The notes below the pieces were generated by a model that saw nothing but the letters and a program-made list of their open reading frames with translations, had not been told where the DNA came from and made no database searches. Shown piece after piece: positions 8,316-21,044 of a stretch of 57,719 bases of DNA; within the stretch, counting starts at the first letter, position 1, and each line of letters begins with the position of its first letter. The position numbers and the translations under genes were made by a program. Source of the DNA: Oscillospiraceae bacterium (lineage in GTDB: Bacteria; Bacillota; Clostridia; Oscillospirales; Ruminococcaceae); NCBI GenBank assembly GCA_017473015.1, contig JAFUNP010000006.1, forward strand, positions 1-57,719, given 5' to 3'.

Positions 8316-10187
8316 TTATTTTTTCATTTCTCGCATTTTAAGCTCCAGCAGCAGTGAAGAAATATCACTTGGGCTTACGCCGGAAATTCTGGATGCCTGA
8401 CCCACATTTGCGGGGCGTATTTTAATCAGCTTTTCTCTGGCTTCCATGCGCAGACCATTCATTGTGCTGTAGTCAATATCTTCCGGAATCAGTGTATTTT
8501 CCAGCTTTTTGGTATGTTCAATCTGTGCCTGCTGGCGTTTTACATAGCCGTCATACTTGATGTCCACTTCCACCTTGCTGCCGATAAACGGTGTCACTTC
8601 TTCTCCTTCACCTATTACTTTTACCAGTTCTTCATAGGTAATCTGTGGGCGTTTCAGGAATTCGTTGGCTCTTACACCTGTGGACAGTGGCGGCAGTCCT
8701 TTGCTTTCCAGCAGCTCTTTCACCTGACCAGGCTTGATTGTGATTGAAGAAATTCTTTCGATTTCTCTGTTTTTCACTTCCAGCACATGGTTGTAATAAT
8801 CCCATCTTTCGTCGTCTACCAGACCTATTTCCCTGCCCATCGGTGTCAGTCTTTCGTCAGCATTGTCCTGGCGGAGATACAGTCTGTACTCACTGCGGCT
8901 GGTCATCATTCTGTATGGGTCCAGAACGCCTTTTGTAATCAGGTCGTCAATCAGTGTGCCGATATAAGAGGACTGGCGTGTGAGAGTGAACTCATCTTTT
9001 CCCTGCAGCTTTCTTGCAGCGTTGATACCTGCTATCAGACCCTGTGCAGCAGCTTCTTCATAACCGGATGTACCGTTGAACTGGCCTGCACCGTAAAGAT
9101 GAGGATATTTTTTGAATTCCAGAGTAGCTTTCAGTTCCAGAGGGTCCACACAGTCATATTCAATGGCGTATGCAGGTCTCATAACCTCCAGATTTTCCAG
9201 ACCTTTGATTGTCTTGTAAAATGCCACCTGTACTTCCTCCGGAAGTGATGAGGACAATCCCTGCAGATACATTTCATCAGTATCAGCACCGCAAGGCTCA
9301 ACGAAGAACTGGTGTCTTGGCTTGTCAGAAAATCTCATTACTTTGTCTTCCAGAGACGGACAGTATCTTGGACCGATACCTTCGATTTTGCCGCCGTACA
9401 GTGGAGAGCGGTGAATATTGTCCATAATTACCTTGTGTGTATCCAGGTTTGTGTACTGAATATGGCAAGGCAGGATGTTTTTGATTTCGTGTCTTGTCAT
9501 AAATGACATAGGCACTGTTTTTTCATCACCTTCCTGCACATCCATTACAGAAAAGTCGATACTACGTTTGTTTACACGGGCCGGTGTGCCTGTTTTAAAG
9601 CGGCGCAGTTCAATGCCTGCAGCTTTCAGGCTGTCAGACAGCTTCATTGCGCTGTGGTGGCCGTCCGGACCGGAATAGTAGGCCGCATCACCCACATAAA
9701 TTTTACCTGTCAGATATGTACCTGTGGCGATAATTACCGCCTTGCAGTCGTACTGTGTGCCCAGCTGGGTTACAACAGCAACAGGCTCGTTGTTTTCATT
9801 GAACTTGATTTCGCAGATTTCTGCCTGTTTCAGGTCCAGGTTTGGCTCTTTTTCCACCAGATTTTTCATATATGAATGATATTTCATACGGTCTGTCTGC
9901 TGGCGCAGAGAGTGAACAGCAGGACCTTTGCCCAGGTTCAGCATTCTCATCTGCAGTGCACAGGCGTCGGCAGCTATGGCCATCACGCCGCCCAGAGCGT
10001 CAATTTCCCTTACCAGATGGCCTTTGGCTGTACCGCCGATGGCAGGGTTACAGGGCAGGTTTCCCACCCCGTCCAGAGTCAGTGTGAACAGACCGGTTCT
10101 GCAGCCCAGTCTTGCGCTGGCCACAGCCGCTTCTATTCCGGCATGACCCGCACCGATAACAATTACATCATAATTTCCTAATACCAT
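8316..10187 (-). CDS. mnmG: tRNA uridine 5-carboxymethylaminomethyl modification enzyme MnmG (GidA)
   Basis: 623 aa with FAD motif [11 protein letters not shown] and a conserved GidA core. Confidence 0.95.
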   Translation of the reverse strand: MVLGNYDVIVIGAGHAGIEAAVASARLGCRTGLFTLTLDGVGNLPCNPAIGGTAKGHLVREIDALGGVMAIAADACALQMRMLNLGKGPAVHSLRQQTDRMKYHSYMKNLVEKEPNLDLKQAEICEIKFNENNEPVAVVTQLGTQYDCKAVIIATGTYLTGKIYVGDAAYYSGPDGHHSAMKLSDSLKAAGIELRRFKTGTPARVNKRSIDFSVMDVQEGDEKTVPMSFMTRHEIKNILPCHIQYTNLDTHKVIMDNIHRSPLYGGKIEGIGPRYCPSLEDKVMRFSDKPRHQFFVEPCGADTDEMYLQGLSSSLPEEVQVAFYKTIKGLENLEVMRPAYAIEYDCVDPLELKATLEFKKYPHLYGAGQFNGTSGYEEAAAQGLIAGINAARKLQGKDEFTLTRQSSYIGTLIDDLITKGVLDPYRMMTSRSEYRLYLRQDNADERLTPMGREIGLVDDERWDYYNHVLEVKNREIERISSITIKPGQVKELLESKGLPPLSTGVRANEFLKRPQITYEELVKVIGEGEEVTPFIGSKVEVDIKYDGYVKRQQAQIEHTKKLENTLIPEDIDYSTMNGLRMEAREKLIKIRPANVGQASRISGVSPSDISSLLLELKMREMKK

Positions 10188-10491
10188 AAATAGCTCCTTT
10201 TAGGTTTAAATGTCTGTTAACTTTGCAATCCCTTTCACCGATTGTAAGCAACTAAAATATATATTCCACCGGTTTCCCGGATGGTTGACTGAATTAAAAT
10301 CTGTTTTTGATATAAATACAGATTTGCTCTTATATTTTCAACATTATTTTTAACAAATGTTGAATTTCTTATATTTTTCACAGTTTTTAAAGAAAAACTG
10401 CAATAAAACCCGGATTTTAAAGATTTTTCGAAAGATCAACAATATTACATTTTGTAATATTTATTTTAATTATATTACTATAAGTATTTTT

Positions 10492-11010
10492 TTATAATAT
10501 TTTACTGTAATACTCATCATCACGCCATTTTGCAGGGTTAGTCAGAATATACTCCACCTTTTCCATATAATCCGTCTCATTGCGGATAATGTGGTCGTAA
10601 TATGAGCGTTGCCATAAATCAATTCCACATTTCTTATTTGTAAACCTCTTGAAGGTTGAAATATATTGTGAAATCAAAGAATTTTCACGCGTAGGGGACG
10701 GCCTCCCGGACGTCCCGCCAGCATTTTTTATTTCAATTATCATGTGTATATGATTGGGCATGATTACATAATGTCCTACATTTATGTTTTCATAAATATC
10801 ATTCATTATTTTTACTTGTTCATCAATAACACGCCCATATTCCGTCAGTTCAATAAACGGGGCGTCGAGGACGCCGCCCCCTACGCGTATTTTGCTTAAA
10901 ATATGCTTTTTACCAACAGTGCATATAGTTATAAAATACATCCCGTCTGAATTATAATCCCAATCTTTCAGGCGCATTTTCTTTCTCTTAGCCAAAGTTT
11001 TCTTTTCCAT
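10492..11010 (-). CDS. REP-associated tyrosine transposase (RAYT) paralog
   Basis: 172 aa with MYFITICT, HuH VIMPNHIHMI and WQRSYYDHIIRNE. Inserted between mnmE and mnmG. Carries in-frame REP hairpins at 10688-10719 and 10858-10886. Confidence 0.8.
   Translation of the reverse strand: MEKKTLAKRKKMRLKDWDYNSDGMYFITICTVGKKHILSKIRVGGGVLDAPFIELTEYGRVIDEQVKIMNDIYENINVGHYVIMPNHIHMIIEIKNAGGTSGRPSPTRENSLISQYISTFKRFTNKKCGIDLWQRSYYDHIIRNETDYMEKVEYILTNPAKWRDDEYYSKIL
10688..10719. repeat. REP hairpin inside RAYT2 (cgcGTAGGGGACGGCCTCCCGGACGTCCCgcc), identical to the intergenic copy at 14874-14903
   Basis: Encodes AGGTSGRPSPTRE in frame; GTAG head plus palindrome. Confidence 0.8.
10858..10886. repeat. REP hairpin inside RAYT2 (GGGGCGTCGAGGACGCCGCCCCCTACGCG), related to 6124-6153 and 25881-25908
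   Basis: Encodes RVGGGVLDAP in frame. Orientation is opposite to the 10688 copy. Confidence 0.8.
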
Positions 11011-11025
11011 AAACCATAACTGACA

Positions 11026-12393
11026 TTATTTACCAACACAGAACTTGGAAAACACCTCATTAACTACTTCGTCGGAAACATTTTCGCCGGTCAAACCATA
11101 CACTGCATATAATGCTTCGTCCACGGCCACGCCGATAATATCCAGGCTGAAACCTTCTTTGAATCGGTCGTTGGCATCTTTTACGGAATTATACGCTGTT
11201 CTTACAGCTTCATATTGTCTTTCGTTTACGATTGCACCGGTGGTTACATCAATATCTGCCACACCCAGCACTTCCATCACATCGTTTTCAAACTCCTTGG
11301 ACATATAAAAATCCTTGGCTGTGATATACAGCACCTTTTTGAAATTGGCTTCCACCTTTGAAACATCAAATTTCTGTTCCAGGTCCTGTTTGTTGATAAT
11401 GGCGACGCTGTTCAGGTCGCGACATCTTTCCGCCAGTTCTATGTCATCAGCTGTGATTTCATTGCTGCCGTCAAACACACAGAACACCAGGTTTGCACCC
11501 TGCAGTCTGTCCAGACTGCGCTGAATGCCCATGGCTTCCACCACATCATCTGTGGCACGGATGCCGGCTGTATCCTGAAGAATCAGGTTCACACCACCCA
11601 GAATAACTTCCTGTTCCACCACATCACGGGTTGTGCCGGCAATAGGTGTAACAATTGCCTTTTCAAAACCGGACAGAGCATTCAGCAATGTGGATTTGCC
11701 CACATTTGGCTTGCCCACAATAGCCGTATTTACACCCTGACGGATTTTCGCGCCGTTGTCGTAACCGTCCATCAGCTTTTTCAGGCTGTTTTCGGCGTTT
11801 GTCAGGATTTCACTTACCTCTTCGTCAGTTACATCCTCCACTGCTTCTTCAGGGTAATCGGTGTAAGCGGAGATATGTCCCACCAGCACCAGCAGGTCGT
11901 CGCGGATTTTTGCCGCTCTTTTGTACAGGTGACCTTCCAGAGCGCTTTTTGCAGCGTTCAGCGCCTGATTTGATGTGGCGTTTATCATTTCCATTACAGC
12001 TTCGGCCTGTGTCAGGCTCATTTTGCCGTTGAGAAATGCCCTTTTGGTGAATTCACCTGCACCTGCAGGCTTTGCACCTGCTTCGTAACAGGCTTTCAGC
12101 AGCTGGTCAGCCACAGCAGAGCCACCGTGACAGCTGATTTCCACCACATTTTCACCGGTGTAGCTGCGTGGTGCGCGGAAAAACAGGGCAACCGCCTGGT
12201 CAACTTCCTCACCTTTTCTATAGAAAGAGCCAAACATGGCTGTGTAGCCCTTGGCATCTTTTACACTTTTATTTTTACTGAAAGGAACAAATACTTTTTC
12301 TGCAATTTCAAAAGCTTCATCGCCTGAAATTCTTATACTGCACAAGCTTGCTTTGCCCGGTGCGGTAGCCATTGCGGCTATACATTCACTCAT
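11026..12393 (-). CDS. mnmE: tRNA modification GTPase MnmE (TrmE/ThdF)
   Basis: 455 aa with G-domain GKPNVGKSTLLN and DTAG motifs, and the C-terminal CVGK typical of MnmE. Confidence 0.95.
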   Translation of the reverse strand: MSECIAAMATAPGKASLCSIRISGDEAFEIAEKVFVPFSKNKSVKDAKGYTAMFGSFYRKGEEVDQAVALFFRAPRSYTGENVVEISCHGGSAVADQLLKACYEAGAKPAGAGEFTKRAFLNGKMSLTQAEAVMEMINATSNQALNAAKSALEGHLYKRAAKIRDDLLVLVGHISAYTDYPEEAVEDVTDEEVSEILTNAENSLKKLMDGYDNGAKIRQGVNTAIVGKPNVGKSTLLNALSGFEKAIVTPIAGTTRDVVEQEVILGGVNLILQDTAGIRATDDVVEAMGIQRSLDRLQGANLVFCVFDGSNEITADDIELAERCRDLNSVAIINKQDLEQKFDVSKVEANFKKVLYITAKDFYMSKEFENDVMEVLGVADIDVTTGAIVNERQYEAVRTAYNSVKDANDRFKEGFSLDIIGVAVDEALYAVYGLTGENVSDEVVNEVFSKFCVGK

Positions 12394-12569
12394 AATCCCT
12401 CTCCTTTTAACATACTTATCTAACTTATCATTTTATCATAATTATTTTTCTATAACAATAGGTATTTTATTATATATTATTGTTTTCTACCACAGTGTTT
12501 TACTTTTATATCTTGAATTACCGCCATATATTTTTTATAATTGAATTAACAATATCAAGGAGAAAAACT

Positions 12570-13493
12570 ATGAAAAAACTGCTTTCCTTTATACTTTCTC
12601 TCGCTTTTGTACTTTGTTTCACCGCCTGCGGCAGCAAAGCCACGGCCGGCTGGCAGGAGCATTATGACCTGGGTATAAAATATGTAAACGAAGCCAGATA
12701 CGAAGAAGCTATTCTTTCTTTCACTAAGGCTTTGGAAATTGACCCCAAACAGGCCCCTGTCTATATCGCCCTGGCAGAAGCTTATGTGCGGCAGGGTGAC
12801 TACACCTCCGCCCGGGCAACTCTGGACAAAGCCGTGACCGAAATCGGTCAGACCGATGAACTGTCCGCCGCAATAGAGAAGGTGGAACAGGCCACCCAGC
12901 CTGAGCCCACACCTGAACCACAGCCTACACCATCTCCTACCCCTCAGGAGGACCTGCCAGTACCTCACCATATTCCGGAAGCCGAGGGCGTGGTAAACAC
13001 CCGGCGTACCGACAATGATGACGGCAGCTATTACATCGAAGAATTTGATGCCGACGGCAAAGTTCTGCGCCGACTGGAATTTGATACCAAGGGCAGATAT
13101 GATTATCTTTACACCTTTGAATACTACCCTGACGGTACAGTAAAGACAGAATTCAAATATAAATACCACATCACCTCTGTTTCACTGAACATCACTACCT
13201 TTGATGAAAACGGACAGAAACTGTGGGGCAACAATACCGCCAATGTAAACGCCACTGCCCAGCCGATTTTCAACGGCGAAGGCCAGCCTTATTCCATTAT
13301 CACAGCCAATATTCATGGCAACACAACCACCACCGATTACAACCTTTTCGGTGATGTTATCCGCGAAGACCACCGCAATGCTGATGGCAGCTATGCAGGA
13401 CTGTGGACCTATGAATACGATGAAAACGGCAACAAAATCAGCGATACTTCCTATGATGCAGACGGAAATATCAATTTCCAGAAATTCTATTGA
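12570..13493 (+). CDS. lipoprotein with TPR repeats, a Pro/Thr-rich linker and YD-like repeats
   Basis: Signal peptide with lipobox (LCFTAC) after the M at 12570; RBS aaggag 12556-12561. TPR-like YEEAILSFTKALEIDP, PEPTPEPQPTPSPTP linker and DADGK/YDYLYTFEYYPDGT repeats. Confidence 0.55.
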   Translation: MKKLLSFILSLAFVLCFTACGSKATAGWQEHYDLGIKYVNEARYEEAILSFTKALEIDPKQAPVYIALAEAYVRQGDYTSARATLDKAVTEIGQTDELSAAIEKVEQATQPEPTPEPQPTPSPTPQEDLPVPHHIPEAEGVVNTRRTDNDDGSYYIEEFDADGKVLRRLEFDTKGRYDYLYTFEYYPDGTVKTEFKYKYHITSVSLNITTFDENGQKLWGNNTANVNATAQPIFNGEGQPYSIITANIHGNTTTTDYNLFGDVIREDHRNADGSYAGLWTYEYDENGNKISDTSYDADGNINFQKFY

Positions 13494-13554
13494 TACCACT
13501 CTGAATACTATACTGCAAAACAAAAGCACACCACACGGTGTGCTTTTAATTTTA

Positions 13555-13815
13555 TTATATTCCTATTCCCGGTATCAGATTCAGTATAAGCAGAATTGTA
13601 TTCATTATCACACCATAAAACGCCCGGACTGCTACAGATACACACAGCAATGCAGTCAATACCCCTGTGAAAAATCTTTTTATTTTGCTTTCTGTCTCTG
13701 TCCTGAACAGTCTGGTTATAATACCATTTTTTCCTGTCATAAAAAGAATATACAAAATGCAGAATAAAATTTTCGGCAGAAACAATATAAATATTGCAGC
13801 AAAATGTTCCAGCAT
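13555..13815 (-). CDS. small hydrophobic membrane protein (hypothetical)
   Basis: 86 aa with two predicted TM helices; immediately upstream of the HIT gene. Confidence 0.3.
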   Translation of the reverse strand: MLEHFAAIFILFLPKILFCILYILFMTGKNGIITRLFRTETESKIKRFFTGVLTALLCVSVAVRAFYGVIMNTILLILNLIPGIGI

Positions 13816-13832
13816 TTTTTGATTTCCTTTTA

Positions 13833-14282
13833 TTACATATCCAGTATTTTATCCAGTTCCCTGTTCAGCTTTGCCTTCATTTCTTCCAGCTGTTCAGGTG
13901 TGGGTACATATTTTTCATTATACATTTCTTCTGCCGGAACTCTCCACACAGGGCCTTTCACATCGCCGTCAATACGGGGGAAAATATGCCAGTGCATATG
14001 CACTCCCACGCCCTGCCCCAGCAGTTCGTAATTCAGCTTGTCACAAGGGAAAGCATTGTACACAGCCTGGGCCACAAGGCTCATTTCTTCCAGAAATTTT
14101 ATTTTAAATTCTCTGTCCAGCTGATGTAATTCTGTTGCATGCTCTTTACACAGCAGCAGGGTATATCCATAAAATTTCTGATGGTCACCGATAACCACAT
14201 ACCCTGTTTCCAGCTCTCTTACAAAATACGGATTTACGCCTTTCTTTATTTTTTCTATTCTGTCACAAACCAGACATTCCAT
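13833..14282 (-). CDS. HIT family hydrolase
   Basis: Histidine triad VHMHWHIFPR (HxHxHxx); 149 aa. Confidence 0.75.
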   Translation of the reverse strand: MECLVCDRIEKIKKGVNPYFVRELETGYVVIGDHQKFYGYTLLLCKEHATELHQLDREFKIKFLEEMSLVAQAVYNAFPCDKLNYELLGQGVGVHMHWHIFPRIDGDVKGPVWRVPAEEMYNEKYVPTPEQLEEMKAKLNRELDKILDM

Positions 14283-14338
14283 TTCAATTCACCTTCAAAT
14301 TGATTGCACAGCAATCCGGAGGGGTTCACCTTCCCCTC

Positions 14339-14677
14339 TCACTGTTCCTTTTTCATATCATTATCTTTAAAAGCCGCACTGAACACTTCTTCCCTTGCAG
14401 TGTTTATTTCTGTATAAATATCCTCCACATATTCACATCCTGTAATCACAACAGGCATCTCGCTTTTGTAGGCGTTATTTATACTGGCACCGCCGTTGGT
14501 AATGTTCATCACACGACAGCTGTACACAAATCCCACCGGTTTATCCCGGCTTATACCGTATTTTACCTCGGCCAGCTTTACCGCTTTTTCCCTTGTGTCA
14601 GCCAAAAGTGCCTTTATCCTTTTGTAGTTGACAGCACCTTTCAAACCTATATCTCTGGAGTAAAAGTAATAAATCAT
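14339..14677 (-). CDS. hypothetical protein
   Basis: 112-aa ORF with good coding statistics but no recognisable motif. Confidence 0.4.
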   Translation of the reverse strand: MIYYFYSRDIGLKGAVNYKRIKALLADTREKAVKLAEVKYGISRDKPVGFVYSCRVMNITNGGASINNAYKSEMPVVITGCEYVEDIYTEINTAREEVFSAAFKDNDMKKEQ

Positions 14678-14827
14678 ATTTTACATTCCTTTATATTTTA
14701 TATAAATATAACTATAAGTAAATTAAATAATTCATTTTATCTTAACTATATGTTATATTATACCAGAAAATTATTTACGGTATATTAAATATATATTAAC
14801 AATATGTTATTTCCTGCAATTATTTTA

Positions 14828-14903
14828 CCGCGTAGGGGACGGGTTTCCCGTCCCGTGGCAGTATCTTAAAACACGCGTAGGGGACGGCCTCCCGGACGTC
14901 CCG
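14828..14903. repeat. REP doublet (two GTAGGGGACG-headed hairpins) plus a REP-like terminator hairpin at 14925-14950
   Basis: ccgcGTAGGGGACGGGtttCCCGTCCC and cgcGTAGGGGACGGCCTCCCGGACGTCCC in tandem, downstream of gyrA. Confidence 0.8.
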
Positions 14904-14954
14904 TTTTAATTATTAATATAAAAAAGGGACGGTTTTCCGCCCCTTTAATTATTT

Positions 14955-17441
14955 TTATTCTTCCACAGCTTCTTCTGTCACAGTTTCTGCTGTTTCTTCA
15001 GCCGTTTCATCAGCTTCGGCGTCTTCGCGCATTGTCACTGCAAATGTCACAGCCTTGTCCTCTGCATCCAGACGCATTACCTTTACACCGCTGGCGTAAC
15101 GGGACTGCACTGCAATATCAGATGCATGCATACGAATAATTATACCACTCATGGAAATCAGGATAATATCGTCATCATCGTTTACAATCCTTACACCGGC
15201 CACATAACCTGCTTTTTCCACGTCATAGTTTCTTACGCCTTTACCGCCTCTGGTCTGCAGACGGTATTCGCTTACATCTGTTCTTCTGCCCTTGCCGTCT
15301 TCAGTGATTGTCAAGAGCTTAGCGCCTTCCTTGGCCACGCCCATACCAACAACAATATCGCCTTCAGCCAGTTCAATGGCCTTTACACCACGGGCGCTTC
15401 TGCCCACCAGACGAACATCATTTTCATGGAATTTTATTGCCTGGCCGCCGCGTGTAGCTACAATCAGTTCATCGTTGTCGCCGGTCACTCTTGTCCATGC
15501 CAGGTCGTCACCTTCGTCCAGAGTGATGGCAATCAGACCGCTCTTGCGCACATTTTTGTATTCTTCCACAGGGGTACGCTTGATGATACCTTTCTGTGTA
15601 ACCATAACCAGATTGCCTTCAAAACCTTCCTCTGTCGGAATAACATTTGTAATTTTTTCGTCAGGCTGCAGCTGCAGCAGGTTAACAATATTGATACCTC
15701 TTGACTGTCTTGAGCCTTCCGGAATTTCATAACCCTTCAGTCTGTACACACGGCCTTTGTCTGTGGCGAACATAATATAGTTATGTGTCATAGCCATAAA
15801 CAGCTCTTTCACATAATCCTCATCACGGCGTGTCATACCGCTGATACCACGGCCGCCTCGGCGCTGTGCCTGATATGTGTTTTTAGGCTGGCGTTTGATG
15901 TAACCGAAGTTTGTAAATGTAAATACACATTCTTCGTTAGGAATCAGGTCTTCGATGTCCACTTCGCCGTTTACATGGGCGATTTCTGTTCTTCTGGCAT
16001 CACCGTATTTTGCTTTGATTTCTCTGATATCTGTTTTCACCTGTTCCAGCACCATTGTGTGGTCAGACAGGAATTTGTTCAGATATTCAATTTTTGCTTC
16101 CAGTTCAGCCAGTTCGTTTACTATTTTTTCCACTTCCAGACCCTGCAGTCTTCTCAGCTGCATGTTCAGGATAGCTGTGGCCTGTATATCAGACAGACCG
16201 AATCTTTCCATCAGTCTTTCTTTTGCATTGTCATAGCTTTCGCGGATAATTCTGATTACTTCATCTATGTTGTCACAGGCGATTTTCAGCCCCAGCAGCA
16301 GATGCTGTCTTTCCATTGCTTTTCTCAGGTCAAATCTGGCTCTTCTTTCCAGAACATCACACTGATGGTCAATGTACTTCTGCAGCATTGTTTTCAGATC
16401 CATAACCTTTGGTACGCCGCCGTCCAGCGCCAGCATAATTGCGCCGAAGGTATCCTGCAGTTCAGTGAGAGAATACAGGTGATTGAGCACTATCTGTGGG
16501 TTTGCTTCCCTTTTCAGCTCAATTACAATTCTCATACCATCGCGGTCAGATTCATCATTCAGGTCGCTGATGCCTTCCAGGCGTTTTTCTTTTACCAGGT
16601 CAGCAATTCTTTCAATCAGTCTTGCTTTGTTAACCATGTAAGGAATTTCTGTCACGATAATCTGGTATCTGCCGTTTGCCTTTTCTTCAATCACAGCACG
16701 GCCACGGAGAGTGATTTTGCCACGGCCTGTGGCATATGCGGAACGGATGCCGCTTCTGCCCATGATAATGCCGCCTGTAGGAAAGTCCGGGCCTGGAATC
16801 AGCTCCATCAGTTCAGAAAATTCTGCATCCGGGTGGTCCACCAGATATTCGATACCGTCACAGATTTCGCCCAGATTGTGAGGCGGAATGTTTGTGGCCA
16901 TACCTACAGCAATACCGGAAGAACCGTTTATCAGCAGGTTTGGAATTTTACTTGGCAGAACAGCAGGCTCCTGACGGGAATCGTCAAAGTTGTTTACAAA
17001 ATCAACTGTTTCCTTGTCGATGTCGCGCAGCATTTCGTCTGTGATTTTTTCCATGCGTGCTTCTGTATAACGGTAAGCAGCAGGAGGGTCGCCGTCCACA
17101 GAACCAAAGTTACCCTGACCGTCAATCAGAGGGTATCTCAGTGAAAAATCCTGTGCCAGACGAACCATGGCATCGTAAACAGATGCGTCACCGTGCGGGT
17201 GGAATTTACCCAGCACTTCACCAACTGTCTGTGCGGATTTCTGATAATCGTGGCTTGCGTCCAGATTATTTTCATACATTGCGTACAGGATACGGCGGTG
17301 AACAGGCTTCAGACCGTCACGCACATCCGGCAGCGCACGGGAAACGATAACAGACATGGAATAATCCAGAAAGCTGCCTTTCATTTCCTTTTCAATATCT
17401 TTAATTATATATCTTGTGTTATCTATCATTTTTATCTCCAA
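14955..17441 (-). CDS. gyrA: DNA gyrase subunit A
   Basis: 828 aa; QRDR region [19 protein letters not shown], active-site Tyr context and C-terminal beta-pinwheel repeats with an acidic tail. Confidence 0.95.
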   Translation of the reverse strand: MEIKMIDNTRYIIKDIEKEMKGSFLDYSMSVIVSRALPDVRDGLKPVHRRILYAMYENNLDASHDYQKSAQTVGEVLGKFHPHGDASVYDAMVRLAQDFSLRYPLIDGQGNFGSVDGDPPAAYRYTEARMEKITDEMLRDIDKETVDFVNNFDDSRQEPAVLPSKIPNLLINGSSGIAVGMATNIPPHNLGEICDGIEYLVDHPDAEFSELMELIPGPDFPTGGIIMGRSGIRSAYATGRGKITLRGRAVIEEKANGRYQIIVTEIPYMVNKARLIERIADLVKEKRLEGISDLNDESDRDGMRIVIELKREANPQIVLNHLYSLTELQDTFGAIMLALDGGVPKVMDLKTMLQKYIDHQCDVLERRARFDLRKAMERQHLLLGLKIACDNIDEVIRIIRESYDNAKERLMERFGLSDIQATAILNMQLRRLQGLEVEKIVNELAELEAKIEYLNKFLSDHTMVLEQVKTDIREIKAKYGDARRTEIAHVNGEVDIEDLIPNEECVFTFTNFGYIKRQPKNTYQAQRRGGRGISGMTRRDEDYVKELFMAMTHNYIMFATDKGRVYRLKGYEIPEGSRQSRGINIVNLLQLQPDEKITNVIPTEEGFEGNLVMVTQKGIIKRTPVEEYKNVRKSGLIAITLDEGDDLAWTRVTGDNDELIVATRGGQAIKFHENDVRLVGRSARGVKAIELAEGDIVVGMGVAKEGAKLLTITEDGKGRRTDVSEYRLQTRGGKGVRNYDVEKAGYVAGVRIVNDDDDIILISMSGIIIRMHASDIAVQSRYASGVKVMRLDAEDKAVTFAVTMREDAEADETAEETAETVTEEAVEE

Positions 17442-17488
17442 AAAGCCATAAGGTCTTTGTTAATATAAATAGTTTAATTTTCTTTTCA

Positions 17489-18109
17489 CTATTTCAGCAG
17501 TTCGCTTTCCACCCAAGGCTCCAGCTTGTATTTTTCCACAATGCCGTCGCATATTTCTGCCAGCATGGCATCTTCATCAGGGTACATATCTCTTCTCGGT
17601 ACTACCATATATGCAAAGCCACGCAGATTTTTTTCCTTACTGCGTTTCATCACAAAAATGTACAGATGTTTTATAACCTTGATATTTTTTATCAGACTGT
17701 AGTCAAAATATCTTCTCTGTTCATTTGTGAGGAACTCGCATCTGTCCTCGTAAAAGTAAATCATGCCTTTTTCAGGAGTGAAAAACTCATGGGTGTCCTT
17801 ATTGCGCAGAACATGCTGCACAGCCAGATTAAACTCCCTTTTCACACCCCAGAAATAGTTGTAAACAAACAGGAAAAGGAAAATCAGCCATGCGCCCACC
17901 ACAAAAATCATGGTTTCAATCACTATTATCTTTTTTGCTGCCAGTGTCATTACCAGTACAGCAGCCAGTGCCAGCACCACAGATTCTATGATAAAGGTTT
18001 TCACTATGCTTTTTTTCCACAGCTGTGCTTCCAGCTCCTGCTCCAGAATTTCCACCTGGATATAGTCGTCCTGGGAAATATTCACATCAATCTTCAACGG
18101 ATATTCCAT
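17489..18109 (-). CDS. YcxB-like membrane protein (hypothetical) inserted between gyrB and gyrA
   Basis: 206 aa with two central TM helices. The domain organisation resembles YcxB-like, and also the 29893..30402 ORF. Confidence 0.5.
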   Translation of the reverse strand: MEYPLKIDVNISQDDYIQVEILEQELEAQLWKKSIVKTFIIESVVLALAAVLVMTLAAKKIIVIETMIFVVGAWLIFLFLFVYNYFWGVKREFNLAVQHVLRNKDTHEFFTPEKGMIYFYEDRCEFLTNEQRRYFDYSLIKNIKVIKHLYIFVMKRSKEKNLRGFAYMVVPRRDMYPDEDAMLAEICDGIVEKYKLEPWVESELLK

Positions 18110-18118
18110 AACATCACC

Positions 18119-20062
<1,944 letters not shown>

Positions 20063-20305
20063 TTAAATTATTTCAAATCGTTTTTTCAGTATCTGACTGG
20101 ACAGCTCCACAATGTAAACACTGCCGTCCTCCATCAGAATAAAGCTTTTTGGAATATCACTTACCAGATAAGTGATTTTGTTTTCTTTCTGAAGGGTGTT
20201 CAGAAAGTCATTTGTAAATTTATTTGTAGTGGTGTTGTCCAGGTCAAAAATACCTACTATTTTCTCACTGTCCACCAGAACATCCGTAAAAATATCAATA
20301 TACAT
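20063..20305 (-). CDS. remB: DUF370 protein (YaaB/RemB-like) between recF and gyrB
   Basis: 80 aa; position and size match B. subtilis yaaB. Confidence 0.65.
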   Translation of the reverse strand: MYIDIFTDVLVDSEKIVGIFDLDNTTTNKFTNDFLNTLQKENKITYLVSDIPKSFILMEDGSVYIVELSSQILKKRFEII

Positions 20306-20313
20306 AAAATTAA

Positions 20314-20598
20314 TTATCTATACCATTCATTACTTAAATCAGCCCAGGTGGGATTCATACTGTTTATCAGGTCATTTTTCTTTTGTCTTGACCATTTCTT
20401 CAGTTGTTTTTCCCTTTCCAGCGCTGCTTTCACATCTGTTGTATCTTCAAAATAAACCAATTTGTTTACATTGTATTTCTTTGTAAAGCCTTCCATTGTT
20501 TTATTCTTATGCTGATACACTCTTTTTTCCAGATTTCCGGTTACTCCGATATATATTACTTTATCATTCCAGTTGGACATAATGTATACGTAATACAT
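20314..20598 (-). CDS. GIY-YIG nuclease family protein
   Basis: YYVYIMSN...IYIGVTGNLEKRVYQH matches the GIY-YIG motif. 94 aa, inserted between remB and recF, flanked by a 400-bp repeat-rich spacer. Confidence 0.75.
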   Translation of the reverse strand: MYYVYIMSNWNDKVIYIGVTGNLEKRVYQHKNKTMEGFTKKYNVNKLVYFEDTTDVKAALEREKQLKKWSRQKKNDLINSMNPTWADLSNEWYR

Positions 20599-20628
20599 AT
20601 CTTTTCTCCTTTTTTATTGCCTCCGGCA

Positions 20629-20985
20629 AAGATTCCTCGACTTCGCTCGGAATGACATAACTCTGATTTTATCATTATACCATTAACCAACTGTATATCT
20701 AATTTTGCTAAAGCTGTATAAGGCAGATATTTTTATCACATAAAAACTATAGTTCTGTCATTTCGACCAAGCGTAGCGCGTGGACGCGTGCCCTTCAGGG
20801 TAGAAATCTTTGACACCGCGGGTGTCAACTCTATTTAATATTTGATTCTTCTTAACTATCTCTTTTTCAGTTCCTTTACTTTTATTTGTAAAACTAAAAT
20901 AATTATCAAATCATAGTCTGACAATAAAACTAAAATTCTGTCATTCCGAGCGTAGTCGAGGAATCTTTGACACCGCAGGTGTCAA
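20629..20985. repeat. Repeat cluster: TGTCATTCCGAGCG...TCGAGGAATC units (3 copies, one inverted), each followed by the palindrome TTGACACCGC(A/G)GGTGTCAA (2 copies)
   Basis: Copies at 20629-20660 (reverse), 20750-20831 and 20932-20985. Related to the TGTCATYCTGAG family found elsewhere in the window. Confidence 0.75.
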
Positions 20986-21044
20986 CTTTTTTTTATTTTT
21001 ATTTAGAAAAATATTTACATAGACAGAGCATATATAAATATACT

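Noticed and set aside
15783-17144. 453-aa plus-strand ORF (and 15126-15732 ORFs)
   Set aside because: Antisense to gyrA; Cys/Phe/His-rich composition with no motif. A typical shadow ORF of a long minus-strand gene.
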